DNA of 63,828 nucleotides, filler included, from Hyphochytrium catenoides (lineage: Eukaryota; Protista; Hyphochytriomycota), in assembly GCA_900088475.1 (NCBI GenBank). It is 6 parts of 6 records of this genome, joined end to end, with 100 filler letters (N's around TTAATTAATTAA, not from the genome) between each part and the next. Parts side by side here need not be neighbours in the genome. Positions count along the whole stretch, not along the records: positions 49,752 to 62,632 come from FLMG01002126.1; positions 62,733 to 63,828 come from FLMG01004310.1; 4 more parts are not named here. One strand, 5' to 3'. Under the pieces are notes generated by a model. That model was not told the origin of the DNA. It saw only the letters and a list, made by a program, of their open reading frames with translations, and ran no database searches. The position numbers and the translations under genes were made by a program. The first letter of the stretch is position 1. The number at the start of each line of letters is the position of its first letter. This document shows, piece after piece, positions 61,271 to 63,828 of the stretch.

Positions 61271-62111
61271 CTTCCGCCTCTCTTTCTTCCCTCCAGGCCT
61301 CTCTCCCTTTCTCTCTCTCTCTCTCCCTCTTTCTCTCTCATTCTATCTCTTTCTCTATCTTTCTCTCTTTCTCTCTCTTTCTCTCTCCTTTTTCCTCTCT
61401 CACCACTAAGGCCAGGAATCTCCAACATGTTCCTACCTTTGGAAGATGGTTCTTTCCTCCTGCGCCTGCATCTTGGAACCACCATCGCCTGGATTCTTTG
61501 GTCTCTCTCCCTCGTCAGGTCCCTGCGCACGTGTGGCTGCTGCGGCATCTGCTCGAACCTCATGGAACATCACGCTTCCCATTGGCCCGATGGACGTCAT
61601 CTCCTTCGCTCAGGGACGCGTTGCGGCTCCCAATGTATTTTCCTTTCCATCTACACGGCTGGCCTCTGTCTACCATCATCATCGGTCGTCTTATCGTCAG
61701 CAGCTGCCCGCCCACAGACCTTCACTTTATCCGCTGCCGCCAGCCATGCTTCTCTCTTCTCGGAGCGTCCAATGCTGGAGCTTTGGGTTCAGTGAGAGCA
61801 CCGGAGGCAGTCGACAGAACAAATCATGACGAGGCCAAAATCTTTCATTAGCAAGTTCTGTCTCCCCTCTTTCTCTCTCTCTCTCTCTCTCTAGCTCTCT
61901 CTCTCTTTCAATGTATCTCCCTTTTCTCTCTGTCTCTCTCTCTCTGTCTCCACGTGGCTGTCCGACATCATCGCTCTCCGGTCTCGGGACGCTTTGCATT
62001 TCTCACTCTCTTCTCATTATAAATAGTTCTAGATTGACGTTCCACCACCTTTTCCTACCAGCACCCAACCGGCTCGCCGACCACGCTCGTTTTTTATTTC
62101 CTTTTATAAAA

Positions 62112-62155
<44 letters not shown>

Positions 62156-62260
62156 TTCTTTCTCTTTGTCTCTCTCTAGTCTCACTACTTTTTATCCTTC
62201 GCCGTCAACACACCATCCTCTCTCCTCTCTCTCTGTCTCTCACTCTCTCTCTCTCTCTCA

Positions 62261-62296
<36 letters not shown>

Positions 62297-62632
62297 GGAC
62301 TTTTTGGGCGACCTGCTGGCTGTGCATGAGAGTCTCTCACCAACGGTCAAGTATCTCCTCTGTTGATTGTTCTCATCTTCTTGTTCCTATGAAGAAAGTC
62401 ACAAAGAAGTAGGAGACGAAGCTCCTTGCGCTCAAGTCAGAGCCGCGCTATCCGCTCACTTATCTACGAGAGAGAGAGAGAGAAAAAAACTCTTTCTGAG
62501 CTCTGACCACTGGACACTGAATAAAACACACATAATAAACCGACAGAGAAAAGGCTTTCTCTCTCCTCTCATCTCGGCCTCGTCTCTTCTTTCTCTCTCT
62601 CTCTCTCTCTCTTGTCTTCTGCACCTCATTTT

Positions 62633-62732
62633 NNNNNNNNNNNNNNNNNNNNNNNNNNNNNNNNNNNNNNNNNNNNTTAATTAATTAANNNNNNNNNNNN
62701 NNNNNNNNNNNNNNNNNNNNNNNNNNNNNNNN
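62633..62732. other. Artificial contig spacer
   Basis: 44 N + TTAATTAATTAA (62677-62688) + 44 N. Confidence 0.97.
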
Positions 62733-63211
62733 CAACCGCGAAACAGACAAAGTTGGGTCTGAGGAGAGGGCACAAGATTAAGCATCGCATCGACAGCATC
62801 CAGACGAGAGAGGACAGAAGATGCATACGAAGAGACGAAGGGGTCAGAGCCAATGGGAACGCCTAATAGTTCGACGCCATCCGCATTGACTAGGCGAGAG
62901 ACCGCCGCAGGGAAAAGCGGAAGACGCGCCGGGTCCATATTAGGCCACCATAGTTCGCACTTGCCGAGGTTCAGCTCCAAGCCAATGTGTGGGCTACGTT
63001 CTTGAAGAATGGCAAAGGCCGCGGCGACATCCTCGACCGAGCCGATAAGAGTGCCATCATCAAGGTACCAAGCATGAAGGTCCAGAAAAGGAACAGACGC
63101 AGCAATATCAGTAACGACGGGATGAAGAGCTAAAGCGAAGAGCAAAGGACCGAGAGGGTCGCCTTGTTGGACACCACAGGAGCTGGCAAGCAGATCAGAG
63201 CCGTGAAACAT
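62733..63211 (-). mobile_element. CRE-clade non-LTR retrotransposon reverse transcriptase fragment
   Basis: GVQQGDPLGPLLFALALHP, AWYLDDGTLIG, GLELNLGKCELWW, GVELLGVPIGS. The RT begins abruptly just before the QGDP motif. Confidence 0.92.
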
Positions 63212-63828
63212 TATTGATTTATTGCTACTACTGACGCTACTAATAGACTAATCCTATAAGAAGAAGAAAGAGAAAAAGAAGAAGAGGAAGAAGAAGAGAA
63301 GAAAAGCTAAGAAAAGCTAAGAAGCCTTAGGCTCTTCCATCATCTCAGCTCGACCTGCTCCCTGCTCATCATCAGTAAAAGAAGAATCATAGTTGATTTC
63401 CTCAGTAATGATGAGCGGAGAAGAAGGAGGAGGAGGAAGAGGTGAACCATCAGCAAGCATATCCTCATCAGCAACCATGTCATCACCAGCAACCATCATG
63501 TCAACACCGTCGAGCTCAGCCGTCGCGAGACAAGCAAGAGAAGGGTCCAGCTGTTCAAGAGGAACGCGCTTCAAAATTTGAAGTGCATTTTCTTCGTGAA
63601 TGGCCAAAGACACTCGCGTATGAAGGCGTAGGCCCATAGCTAAGCGAGACCAAGGGCCAAGATGCCGAGAACCATCAAGAGCGGAGCGGTCACATTGAAG
63701 CTTCACCAGGTGACCCACACAATCAACGACACCTTGCATAGCTCCCCAAAACGACTCCCAGACGAGCGGAATAAACTGCAGCACTACAGCCTTACAAGGA
63801 ACCTCATATTTCTTGAGCTTCGCCTTCT
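63212..63828 (-). mobile_element. 3' end (RLE endonuclease C-terminus plus 3'UTR) of a second CRE-clade element
   Basis: KAKLKKYEVPCKAVVLQFIPLVWESFWGA...LHTRVSLAIHEENALQILKR with stop at 63317, then a (TTC)-rich UTR ending AATAAATCAATAAT. Confidence 0.8.

Noticed and set aside
60864-62350. Possible plus-strand gene (exon-like 60864-60945, 61410-61850, 62298-62350)
   Set aside because: All three frames are open with no recognisable protein; the frame cannot be chosen
1-63828. Hundreds of short ORFs rich in ERERER or SLSLSL
   Set aside because: Translations of (GA)n/(CT)n microsatellites, which contain no stops; mostly intronic or intergenic

Overview
Eukaryotic genomic DNA that is intron-rich and extremely rich in (GA)n/(CT)n microsatellites. 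The organism is most likely a flagellate-producing stramenopile, inferred from a Sig/Ocm/Mas-type tubular mastigoneme gene. The window is not contiguous: five artificial 100-nt spacers (44 N + TTAATTAATTAA + 44 N) join six pieces (1-25410, 25511-42372, 42473-47260, 47361-49651, 49752-62632, 62733-63828). Most short ORFs in the track (ERERER/SLSLSL) are microsatellite noise. I reconstructed genes by hand from GT-AG junctions, checking exon phase. They are: a >=16-exon coiled-coil protein with a dynein-light-chain p28-like motif, a FUN14 protein with an EF-hand, a PX-domain protein, a cAR-type GPCR, a calcineurin B/CHP-like protein, an 8-exon hypothetical membrane protein, a bZIP with a START-like C-terminus, a tandem HMG-box protein, a low-complexity protein with a duplicated helix, a mastigoneme protein, a zf-MYND protein, a YccF protein, and three CRE-clade non-LTR retrotransposon fragments. 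The standout is a ~1380-aa anoctamin/TMEM16 whose Ca2+-binding acidic residues are largely replaced. It carries an N-terminal cyclic-nucleotide-binding(-homology) domain and C-terminal Tudor-like and C2 domains, making it a candidate Ca2+-independent, differently gated TMEM16. All family assignments are from remembered motifs, not database searches.
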